The position numbers were made by a program, and so were the translations under genes. 64,000 nt of DNA from Macrostomum hystrix (Eukaryota; Animalia; Platyhelminthes): the NCBI GenBank assembly GCA_950097015.1, contig CATNEN010000011.1:3472001-3536000 (forward strand), in the 5' to 3' direction. Position 1 is the first letter of the stretch. Every line of letters starts with the position of its first letter. The notes beneath the pieces were generated by a model. It saw only the letters and a program-made list of their open reading frames with translations. It made no database searches and was not told the origin of the DNA. This document shows positions 38,665 to 47,713 of the stretch, in pieces.

Positions 38665-40423
38665 TGCTAACAAACCAAGAACTAATTGCCGCCGAGTTGG
38701 CTCATTTCTGCGAAGATGCCAGCTTTGATTATAAAGATTTTCATCTGGCTAAAGCCGATTGCAAACAGCTCAGGATATTTAGAATTCAGGTAATACGATG
38801 GGCAACTTGTTCTAGATTTGCTACCTGTGCTCCAGATCCCAAAATACTGGCATACATAAGTAGCTAGTGGGACACTGAACACCGGTTGTTCAATGACCAC
38901 TAGAAAGGATGTTTAATACCAGAAAACCACACTATTTAACCCCGTCGGGAAAGAGTCAAAGAACCTCGATTTTTCTTCTGTTAATGACTACCCGCTAAAA
39001 AATAGGGATGTTTCTTTGGGTGATTCCAGTTGGAATCTGCGGTGTTTCCAAAAAAGAAACAGCCGAACGCTGGAAACATACCAATCGGATGATTCCATGC
39101 TTAGAATCTACCCAACTGGGCGTTTTCTCGGTGCTTCTTGGTGGCGAAATGGAATCACCCAAAGAATCCTCCAGTTCGGAAGATTCCATGCTCAGAAACC
39201 GCCGAGGAATCGCCCGTAAATAATTCTCTGGTTGTCACACGGGCCACTGGTTCGGGTGATTCTTCGGCGGTTTCCGCACAATTTACGGTTACATCGGCTG
39301 CTTCCTGGGTGGTTTCTTTAACTCTTGCAACCTCTTGAGAGGTTGTAGCCTAGTGGTTAGGGCGTCGGACTCACGACTTGAAGGTCGGGGGTTCGATTCC
39401 CGACTCCCTGAACAATTTGTGTCCTTTAGCAAGACACTTAACTCTGCATTGCTTCAGTTCGCTGTTAAATGGGTACCAGCATCAGCTGGGATAATTGAAG
39501 GTGGGTGTGGTGTCCCCCCCCAGTTCATGGACTGAACAGCTGTACGCAGCCTTCAGATGCGCCGCGCATTAGCTGCGGCTGTGCTGTCGGCTGCACATCT
39601 GACCCAATTGGGGCAGGTGTAATCAATTATTATTATAAATTATTATTATTAAACTTTTGCGAGATAGGGGGGATTTTGGTAGATTCCACTCCTATTTTGC
39701 ACAAAAAACCCGCCGAAGAAGCAGCCGAATTTCTTACAGAGTAGGAGAGTTTTCTATCACTTAATTACGAAATCATCAACCAATCAGGATTACTCCTGGG
39801 AAGAGGACGGCTGCTGCCTGGTTGACCGATACCTGCCCAGCATCGGCTGCGAGCTCAACGAGCGCTTCGAGACATCTTTCAACCTGACCTACGGCACGAT
39901 GGGCTACAATAGAAACGTGGAAACTGCGCCGTTCCGTCGGGCAGTCTGGTACTATGTGCACAGCATCTTCGGCATGCGGCACGACGATTACGATTATAAT
40001 CTAATTAATCGAATGCTCACTATCGAATTGAAAAAATATTGCAAACTAGTGGCTTGCGGACCTGAGCAAGTCACCAGGCCTCACTACAGGACCTCCATGC
40101 CAGGATTTAAGCACTCTGAAAAGGTGAGATTATCTCGGGGCTGGATAATCTCGGGTGAGATTTTTTATCTATGCGATCTCATGGCTAGGTTCATTTTTTG
40201 TAAAGAAAAATGGCAGTTAGAAATTAAGTTTAAGTGGCGGATATTAAATTGCTTTTAATATGAGGCTCTGCGTGATTATTTAATCGACTCAGATAACTTT
40301 TTGTTATTCCATTTTTGTTACACTATACAGGTTCACGTGAACCTGGTGATTATGGATGCCAGGCTACAAGCCAGCCTCCTATATAGTCTGCGAGCGCTTA
40401 ACGACCACACAACTGGTCAGTGA
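25583..40423 (+). CDS. SESN: Sestrin with long invertebrate-type N-terminus, about 680 aa
   Basis: Exons 25583..25945, about 35795..36187 (acceptor uncertain; in-frame alternatives give exon starts 35447, 35609, 35807), 37509..37976, 38394..38789, 39788..40123, 40331..40423; all introns phase 0. Motifs: [156 protein letters not shown]. Joining the 25583 exon is inferred from phase and from my recollection of invertebrate Sestrin N-termini. Confidence 0.92.
27790..28550. repeat. 23-bp minisatellite (GAAAATGGGGTGAGATTGTGATA), Sestrin intron 1
   Basis: Tandem copies with degenerate edges. Confidence 0.93.
29245..30105. repeat. 21-bp polypurine minisatellite (GTAGAAAGGAGAGAAGGAAGG), about 40 copies
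   Basis: Plus strand almost entirely A/G; produces the Leu/Ser/Phe-repeat ORFs on the minus strand. Confidence 0.95.
32058..32660. repeat. 32-bp minisatellite (TTAAACTGTCATTTCCCATCCTAATCTACACA), about 19 copies
   Basis: Near-perfect tandem copies. Confidence 0.97.
33380..33512 (-). mobile_element. CORE-like SINE copy (tRNA head plus core, 3' truncated)
   Basis: Reverse complement TGTGGTAAGAGCGTCGGACTTAACGACTTAAAGGTAGGGGGTTCGATTCCC...TGTGTCCTTTAGCAAGAAATTTAACTCCGCGTTGCTTCAGTT. Confidence 0.8.
33837..34227. repeat. 48-bp minisatellite (GAATGACCACAGAATGTATAACAAATGCTTCACGACAGCTCCCAAACC), 8 copies
   Basis: Near-perfect tandem copies with no spacers. Confidence 0.97.
34277..34560 (+). mobile_element. 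Second tRNA-headed SINE-like element with an internal hairpin
   Basis: A-box-like GGTGGCAGAGCGGTTAA and B-box-like GTTCGATTCC; GC-rich body unlike the other SINE; hairpin at 34444..34486. Only one copy in the window. Confidence 0.55.
34801..34940. repeat. 20-bp minisatellite (CGACTCAAACGCTTCTCATA), 7 copies
   Basis: Tandem copies with period 20. Confidence 0.9.
36864..37484. repeat. About 30-bp CA-rich minisatellite (CACACACTCCAGACCAACACCAGCAATGTA) with variable (CA)n, Sestrin intron 2
   Basis: About 20 copies ending roughly 24 nt before the exon 3 acceptor. Confidence 0.96.
38031..38322 (+). mobile_element. tRNA-derived SINE with CORE-like domain, near full length (Sestrin intron 3)
   Basis: A box TAGACTAGTGGTTAG and B box GGTTCGATTCC; high similarity to 39341..39650 across the whole length. 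Confidence 0.88.
39013..39274. repeat. Fold-back element with nested inverted repeats in Sestrin intron 4
   Basis: Perfect 16-bp inverted repeat 39013..39028 / 39150..39165 and a 22-bp inverted repeat 39195..39216 / 39253..39274 with two G-T pairs. Confidence 0.8.
39341..39650 (+). mobile_element. tRNA-derived SINE with CORE-like domain and (ATT)n tail (Sestrin intron 4)
   Basis: GGTTGTAGCCTAGTGGTTAG...GGTTCGATTCCCGACTCC, core TGTGTCCTTTAGCAAGACACTTAACTCTGCATTGCTTCAGTTCGCTGTTAAATGGG, tail ATTATTATTAT. Confidence 0.9.
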
Positions 40424-41515
40424 TGCAACTCGGCCGGCCGGCCTACTAGAAGAGAAAGAAGAACTAAACTGGAAAAAGGCACGAAATTAAATGTGTTTTC
40501 TGATGCTGAGAAACTCTGGTCTGCTTTTGTTAATTAGCCACTGATAATACCGACATTTTCGCCATCAGCATCCATGATTTATTGATCAATTGTTATTTTT
40601 TGTTATTTTTAGTAGATTTTTGTCACGTACCAGCTTAGCAACAAGTTGTTTATCTTAGTTACTGAGACTGTCAATAGTAGAAAGTAATGCATATAATAAT
40701 CCAAACTACTTGTTACCAACAGAAACACAACACCTTAATATTCAGTATTCTCGTTGCTAAGACAATTAAACATTTTTTTATTCACAAAAATAAATACTGC
40801 TTTGTTCCCCATGGAAACCAACCAGATTTATCTTCTAAATCTCGGTATTGATTTTTCTGCGCAAAGGTAACAAAACAACCTGCAACGCGCTTGAATTACC
40901 TTGATTACACAGTAAAACAAATTTCAAGTTATAACAAATTCAACTTCCGGAATTCTAGGGTTTTTTAACCAGTTTTTATGTATTTGACTTTTATCAGCTA
41001 AACAGAAAAGGACATAAAAGTCTTGTAGTTAATTTGTGTCTTTCTATTCATATTTTATGCACCGTTGCGTAAAACGTACTAACCCCTTGAGTCCTGTAGT
41101 AATTACGATATTTTATCATCATTTTGTCATTTTCTGCATTCAGTGCTAAAATACTAGCGTTTTGTCAATAAAGTGTATTCATATTACAGTTTCAAATGCT
41201 GAATCGTGTATTTTTCGTGTCTGTTCAATTAATTCATTAATTAATTTCCTTTCATTTGTTTGTCTCAGTCTTGGCAATATGCGATTTTGTGGTTTTTCTT
41301 TTAAGCTTTTGTTGTACTTTTCATTTGAACACAGACTCACACACAAGTATACATTTATTAGTTAGCCAAACTTTACTTTTGTATTTTATGTCATTGGTTT
41401 CATTGGTTTTCCATTGGCATTCAACGTGTCATATATTATAGATATTTTTATTTATTGATCATTGATCTTAAATCAGGAACTGATTTTGCAAATTATTTTG
41501 CTTATGTGCTTTTAA

Positions 41516-43500
41516 TGGCTTATGTAGGTCAGTTGTTGGGTCATGGCTTATGTAGTTCAGTTGTTGGGTCATGGCTTATGTAGGTCAGTTGTTGCGTCAT
41601 GGCTTATGTAGGTCAGTTGTTGGGTCATGGCTTATGTAGGTCAGTTGTTGCGTCATGGCTTATGTAGTTCAGTTGTTGGGTCATGGCTTATGTAGGTCAG
41701 TTGTTGCGTCATGGCTTATGTAGGTCAGTTGTTGGGTCATGGCTTATGTAGGTCAGTTTTTGGGTCATGGCTTATGTAGGTCAGTTGTTGCGTCATGGCT
41801 TATGTAGGTCAGTTGTTGGGTCATGGCTTATGTAGGTCAGTTGTTGGGTCATGGCTTATGTAGGTCAGTTGTTGGGTCATGGCTTATGTAGTTCAGTTGT
41901 TGGGTCATGGCTTATGTAGTTCAGTTGTTGGGTCATTGCTTATGTAGGTCAGTTGTTGCGTCATGGCTTATGTAGTTTAGTTGTTGGGTCATGGCTTATG
42001 TAGGTCAGTTGTTGCGTCATGGCTTATGTAGTTCAGTTGTTGGGTCATGGCTTATGTAGTTCAGTTGTTGGGTCATGGCTTATGTAGGTCAGTTGTTGGG
42101 TCATGGCTTATGTAGGTCAGTTGTTGCGTCATGGCTTATGTAGTTCAGTTGTTGGGTCATGGCTTATGTAGTTCAGTTGTTGGGTCATGGCTTATGTAGG
42201 TCAGTTGTTGCGTCATGGCTTATGTAGGTCAGTTGTTGGGTCATGGCTTATGTAGGTCAGTTGTTGCGTCATGGCTTATGTAGTTCAGTTGTTGGGTCAT
42301 GGCTTATGTAGGTCAGTTGTTGCGTCATGGCTTATGTAGGTCAGTTGTTGGGTCATGGCTTATGTAGTTCATTTGTTGGGTCATGGCTTATGTAGGTCAG
42401 TTGTTGCGTCATGGCTTATGTAGGTCAGTTGTTGCGTCATGGCTTATGTAGGTCAGTTGTTGCGTCATGGCTTATGTAGGTCAGTTGTTGGGTCATGGCT
42501 TATGTAGGTCAGTTGTTGCGTCATGGCTTATGTAGTTCAGTTGTTGCGTCATGGCTTATGTAGTTCAGTTGTTGGGTCATGGCTTATGTAGGTCAGTTGT
42601 TGCGTCATGGCTTATGTAGGTCAGTTGTTGGGTCATGGCTTATGTAGGTCAGTTGTTGCGTCATGGCTTATGTGGTCAGTTGTTGGTTCATGGCTTATGT
42701 AGGTCAGTTCTTAGGTCATAATTATCGGTAGATCAGTTGTTGGGTCATGATTATCAGTAGGTCAGTTGTTAGGTCATGGCTTATGTGGTCAGTTGTTGGG
42801 TCATGGCTTATGTAGGTCAGTTGTTGTGCTATGGCTTATGTAGGTCAGTTCTTGGGTCATGATTATCGGTAGGTCAGTTGTTGGGTCATGATTATCGGTA
42901 GGTCAGTTGTTGGGTCATGATTATCGGTAGGTCAGTTGTTGGGTCATGATTATCGGTAGGTCAGTTGTTGGGTCATGATTATCGGTAGGTCAGTTGTTGG
43001 GTCATGATTATCGGTAGGTCAGTTGTTGGGTCATGATTATCGGTAGGTCAGTTGTTGGGTCATGATTATCGGTAGGTCAGTTGTTGGGTCATGATTATCG
43101 GTAGGTCAGTTGTTGGGTCATGATTATCGGTAGGTCAGTTATTGGGTCATGATTATCGGTAGGTCAGTTGTTGGGTCATGATTATCGGTAGGTCAGTTGT
43201 TGGGTCATGATTATCGGTAGGTCAGTTGTTGGGTCATGATTATCGGTAGGTCAGTTATTGGGTCATCATTATCGGTAGGTCAGTTGTTGGGTCATCATTA
43301 TCGGTAGGTCAGTTGTTGGGTCATGATTATCGGTAGGTCAGTTGTTGGGTCATGATTATCGGTAGGTCAGTTATTGGGTCATCATTATCGGTAGGTCAGT
43401 TGTTGGGTCATCATTATCGGTAGGTCAGTTGTTGGGTCATGATTATCGGTAGGTCCGTTGTTGGGTCATAGCCTACGTAGTTGACTTGTTGGATCATAAT
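41516..43500. repeat. Bipartite satellite: 28-bp unit (CATGGCTTATGTAGGTCAGTTGTTGGGT, about 42 copies) switching to a 29-bp unit (CATGATTATCGGTAGGTCAGTTGTTGGGT, about 21 copies)
   Basis: Transition zone at about 42700..42850 contains mixed units. Confidence 0.98.
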
Positions 43501-44299
43501 TATCGGTAGGTCAGGTAATCATTATTGGGTCAGCAAATGATTTTTTGGTCAATGAAAATGTTTCTTTTTCGTCTGCTTCTTTTGAGAGTAGCTAGCAATA
43601 TTTTTTCACTTCCGAATTAGGTGCAGTTGCTGTGTATTTGAAAGCAACATTATTAGCAGCGATTGCAGTTACAATATATTTACTCATAGTTACAATTTAG
43701 GCTAATCTCGTGTATTCTAAAATAAAACAATTTTACCTGCTTCGTAAATTTTCGAATTATTTTACTAATAACGATCCGAATTCAAGTGCTTCTGAAATAT
43801 TATCCATTTATGTCGAAAATCAGAGTTGCTTGAACTGAAACAATAAATTTCTTATTGCAGTTTTTTGCTTTGCTTTCTCACTTATGTCATTTTGTCATAT
43901 TTTCTCATTTTTAGCATCTTGTGTGGCTTTTTTACAAATGCTGAAAACTCCCGGATTATATTCTACTTGAAGTAGTATACAAATTATTTAATTTGTTTCC
44001 GAGTGGGAACTTGTAGCAATAATAATGCTTTGAAAATATATTACTGTGCAAGTGAAATATTTTTTCAGTCGAAAAACTAGATATAACTTTTTCCTGCCAT
44101 TGATAATGTATGTATTTTAATTGAATCAGCGACTTTATTGTGTTTATCTTTTTGTTTCCTTTTTCAAACTTCGATTCCTGCTACGATTCTATCTTCTAGC
44201 TTCGATTCCTGCTAAGATTCTAAGTCCTAGCTTCTATTTCAGTTTTAATTTCTTTTGTAACTTCGATTCTAATTTTTGGCTTTCAGCTTCGCCTATAGC

Positions 44300-44760
44300 T
44301 TCGATTCCAACTTCTAGCTTCGATTCCAACTTCTAGCTTCGATTCCAACTTTTAGCTGTGATTCCAACTTCTAGCTTCGATTCCAACTTCTATCTTCGAT
44401 TCCAACTTCTATCTTCGATTCCAACTTCTAGCTTCGATTCCAACTTTTAGCTGTGATTCCAATTTTAGCTTCGATTCCAACTTCTAGCTTCGATTCCAAC
44501 TTCTAGCTTCGATTCCAACTTCTAGCTTCGATTCCAACTTCTATCTTCGATTCCAACTTCTATCTTCGATTCCAACTTCTAGCTTCGATTCCAACTTCTA
44601 GCTTCGATTCCAACTTCTATCTTCGATTCCAACTTCTAGCTTCGATTCCTAATTTTAGCTTTGATTACAAATTAGCTTAGATTCTAAGTTCTAGCTTCCA
44701 GCTTCGATTCTGGCTGCATGCTACGATTCTAGCTTCGATTCTAACTTCTAGCTTTGATTA
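44300..44760. repeat. 19-bp minisatellite (TTCGATTCCAACTTCTAGC), about 20 copies with degenerate flanks
   Basis: Tandem copies visible directly. Confidence 0.93.
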
Positions 44761-45117
44761 TGACAAAATAATAAACACGATTCCTGTAGTTTTTCAAATA
44801 AGCAATCAGTTTTTAACATTCTCGACTCGCAAGATTAGTTGTTTTATAATTTTTGTAAAAAGTTTTTCAAGATTATTACTGGGCCTATAAACTACGTGAA
44901 TAGTGATGTTCGAATGTGAGCAGCCAATAAGAAGTTAGTTAGCATATTGAAAACTTTACAACAACAAAACGGTGTCACTAAGCTTCAGACACATTAATGT
45001 TTCGGCAATGGATGCCTGGAGTACGATTGGGACTGATGAAGAGTGCAAGCACTGGTTGATAGGAAATTGGAACTGTTATTATTTGGTGCGAATTCAAAGA
45101 GGTTTATACATAACTGC

Positions 45118-45564
45118 TTAGGCAGACAATCGTCGTATTTTTGTACATTCCAGCTGAATTAATGGAGGCGTTAAATTCCCACTGCGATGCTGCCTCTGCT
45201 GCACAAGTTGCGGCTGCGGCTGAGGCTGCGGCTGAGGCTGCGGCTGAGGCTGCGGCTGCGGCTGCGGCTGCGGCTCATTCACCAAATTTTGCGACCTATT
45301 ATTGTCATTCTTCGAGCGATAAGTATTAGACCAGTTGACTGACGCATTTGTCTCGTCAACTCTGCGCACTTTGGCTACGTTGTAGTTTTTCAGCTTCTCT
45401 GTGGGTCCTTTAGACTGGTAGCCACTGTTGCGAGGCTTGTTACTATTTGGCGGCGGTAGACGTCGGTTCTGATGCACATAAATCCGAGCAAATGCTAGAC
45501 CGGCTAGCAAAAGTACAAATAGTGCACCGAGAGCCAATAGACCCATCTGGATTTCTTTATTCAT
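45118..45564 (-). CDS. Small single-pass membrane protein (about 148 aa) with a (PQ)n tract
   Basis: MNKEIQMGLLALGALFVLLLAGLAFARIY hydrophobic segment followed by basic residues and a polar tail with PQPQPQ. Acceptor TTAG precedes position 45607, so an upstream coding exon is possible. No recognised family. Confidence 0.6.
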   Translation of the reverse strand: MNKEIQMGLLALGALFVLLLAGLAFARIYVHQNRRLPPPNSNKPRNSGYQSKGPTEKLKNYNVAKVRRVDETNASVNWSNTYRSKNDNNRSQNLVNEPQPQPQPQPQPQPQPQPQPQPQLVQQRQHRSGNLTPPLIQLECTKIRRLSA

Positions 45565-47131
45565 CTCTAAGCCAGACTCGGCAGTTATATTTGGCACACG
45601 AGTCGACCTAATTTGATAAGTAAATAGTAAAAAACGATATGCACAAAATAAATTCACCACATAGCATTTTTTCACTACCGATAGGTTAATCACTTACATC
45701 ATGATGAAGCATTCAATCCGACTAAGTATCGAGAGTTTTTAGGTGAAACTTTGTATTAAAAAATAGCATTTGTTTCGTTTTGCCTCGCAATATTATTTAA
45801 GTTAGTTTATCATTCTCACTGGGTGCTTAGTCAGCACGAAGACAGTTCTGTGTTATTACTCTGGTCTATGGCCTAAATTAGACAGTGTAAGAAAATACTA
45901 TCTATTGATTTTTCTCGCCTTGCATGTTTTATGTATAAGATAAATAAACTGAGGGCTGTGACCATAGAAAGCGAATGGGTTCTCATGGGCTTATGGTGAT
46001 CAAGCCATCGGAGGAGATGACGGACGGTCAATTTGAATCATCTGCTACCGTTTTTCATATTCGAGTTCAGGAAAGTGAATGGTGACAAATTTAAGCCTGG
46101 CTCATTGAAGGACATCATTAGTATGAGTCTAATGATGCGAAGAGTCTTATGGACGACTATACAAGACTGAGTAAAGTGACTAAAAACGGTTTCGCAACTT
46201 TGCATGGTTTGTGTGCCCGGTGTTATCACGCTTGTTGTGTATCGTTTTGGTCGTTGATTGTTCTTCTTTAGTTTAATTAAATAAACTTTGTGTTTCATTT
46301 CTAAATATGCATATTTAGAATCTAAATTTAGAATTTAGAATGAATGGATTTCGCTGGGATCGAAAACGGGGCCCATTAAAAGTACAAAAATAGATTCCAG
46401 CAGGAAGGCAGAATCCATGCAGCCATAGACAACCACTTTACCCAATTCGAATGAGCCCAATAAATGTACTCGTACTTTCTTTGCGTTTGAGTATTTTAAA
46501 TGTTATTAAAAGTGCAGTACTGTGATAAGTGCCGTGGTGCTCAGGCGATCAATGCTAAATGCAACGAAAACTACATACAAAGTATTTTTTATATATATAA
46601 ACGTACAAATGTATATTTATCGCTGCAGATGCAGGCCAGTGGACAGTGGAAACATATATTTGATGAAGTTCTTAATAATGAGACTGCGTACGACACGATA
46701 GCACAGCTAAATAGTTAGCTGTGCTAACTAAATAGTTAGCTGTGCACAAGAACATTTTTTGTGTTTGGTTGGGTGAATAAATTTCGTGTTTGTATTATAA
46801 ATATCGCATGCACCGTAAAAAATTAGAACTGCAGTTAATTTGCTAAAACAGAGAATGTTTAATACAGTTTCAAACCAATTTCTAGATTATAAAATTTCCG
46901 CCTAAATGAGCTTTGAGCCCCCCCCTCACAAGCAGAAAGGACAGAGACTATTTTGTTTCACATTTTGAACCAAAATTAAGCTATAAATACATTCTATTAC
47001 GCTGCTGATCGCCATCCTTTGCATAGTATACGTAACGGAAGTATAAAGAAGCCAAGAATTTTTTACATAAAACGACTCGATAAAATTAGATTCAAGAAAA
47101 TTCGGAATCGAAGTAAAAATTTCTCCAGCCA

Positions 47132-47713
47132 ATGGCGTGTTACAAAGCAGCAAATCTGCGACGGCCCTGTTATCATCACTTTCGAAGCCTGGAAGTTGGA
47201 TCCAAATGTTCCAGCCATCCGCCGCTTCAGCCTATCAGCGAATCCCAAGATCAGCAACAGCAGCTGCAGCAGCAGCAGCAACAGCAGCAACAGTCAGTTG
47301 GGTCTGATTTAAGCGAAGGCTGCGTCGCCGCAATATCCAACGAGCCTGTTGTTTGCAAGCGCTGTAAAAAGTACCTTAACGTGCTGACTGCTCTGCGAGA
47401 AGCCAGAGACTGCACGAACAATGGGGGAGGCTGTCAAGTCGATCCTAGAACTGGACCCCAGCAGCAGCAGCAGCAGCAGAGATCACTAGCAAGCGATCGA
47501 ACGAACCAAGCTGAAACTGGCAGTCGCCAGATGCACCTCGTTGGAAAGGCCGCCGAGTCGACTCGTTGCAACCTGTGCAGCTGCTGCTCTTGCAACGAGA
47601 GCGAATCAGAGTGCGGATGCTCGCAGTGCGCCAGCAGTCAGCTCCCGACTGTTCGAAAGGACGAAGATCGAGTTGAGCATCATCGGCGCCAGATGCCGTG
47701 TGCTCTGATGTGA
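47132..47713 (+). CDS. Cys/Gln-rich orphan ORF (193 aa), possibly a terminal exon
   Basis: GC-balanced ORF with CAG tracts like the real genes here, CKRC and CNLCSCCSC...CGCSQC clusters, and an in-phase acceptor TTTCTCCAG ending at 47128. Confidence 0.55.
   Translation: MACYKAANLRRPCYHHFRSLEVGSKCSSHPPLQPISESQDQQQQLQQQQQQQQQSVGSDLSEGCVAAISNEPVVCKRCKKYLNVLTALREARDCTNNGGGCQVDPRTGPQQQQQQQRSLASDRTNQAETGSRQMHLVGKAAESTRCNLCSCCSCNESESECGCSQCASSQLPTVRKDEDRVEHHRRQMPCALM

Noticed and set aside
38031-39410. tRNA genes at the SINE heads (CAC anticodon-like loop)
   Set aside because: Anticodon and acceptor stems do not pair properly, and each head continues into a shared SINE body.
45030-45075. Hammerhead-like CTGATGA...GAAA (also about 35325..35347)
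   Set aside because: No stem II closing directly on GAAA and no compatible stems I and III.
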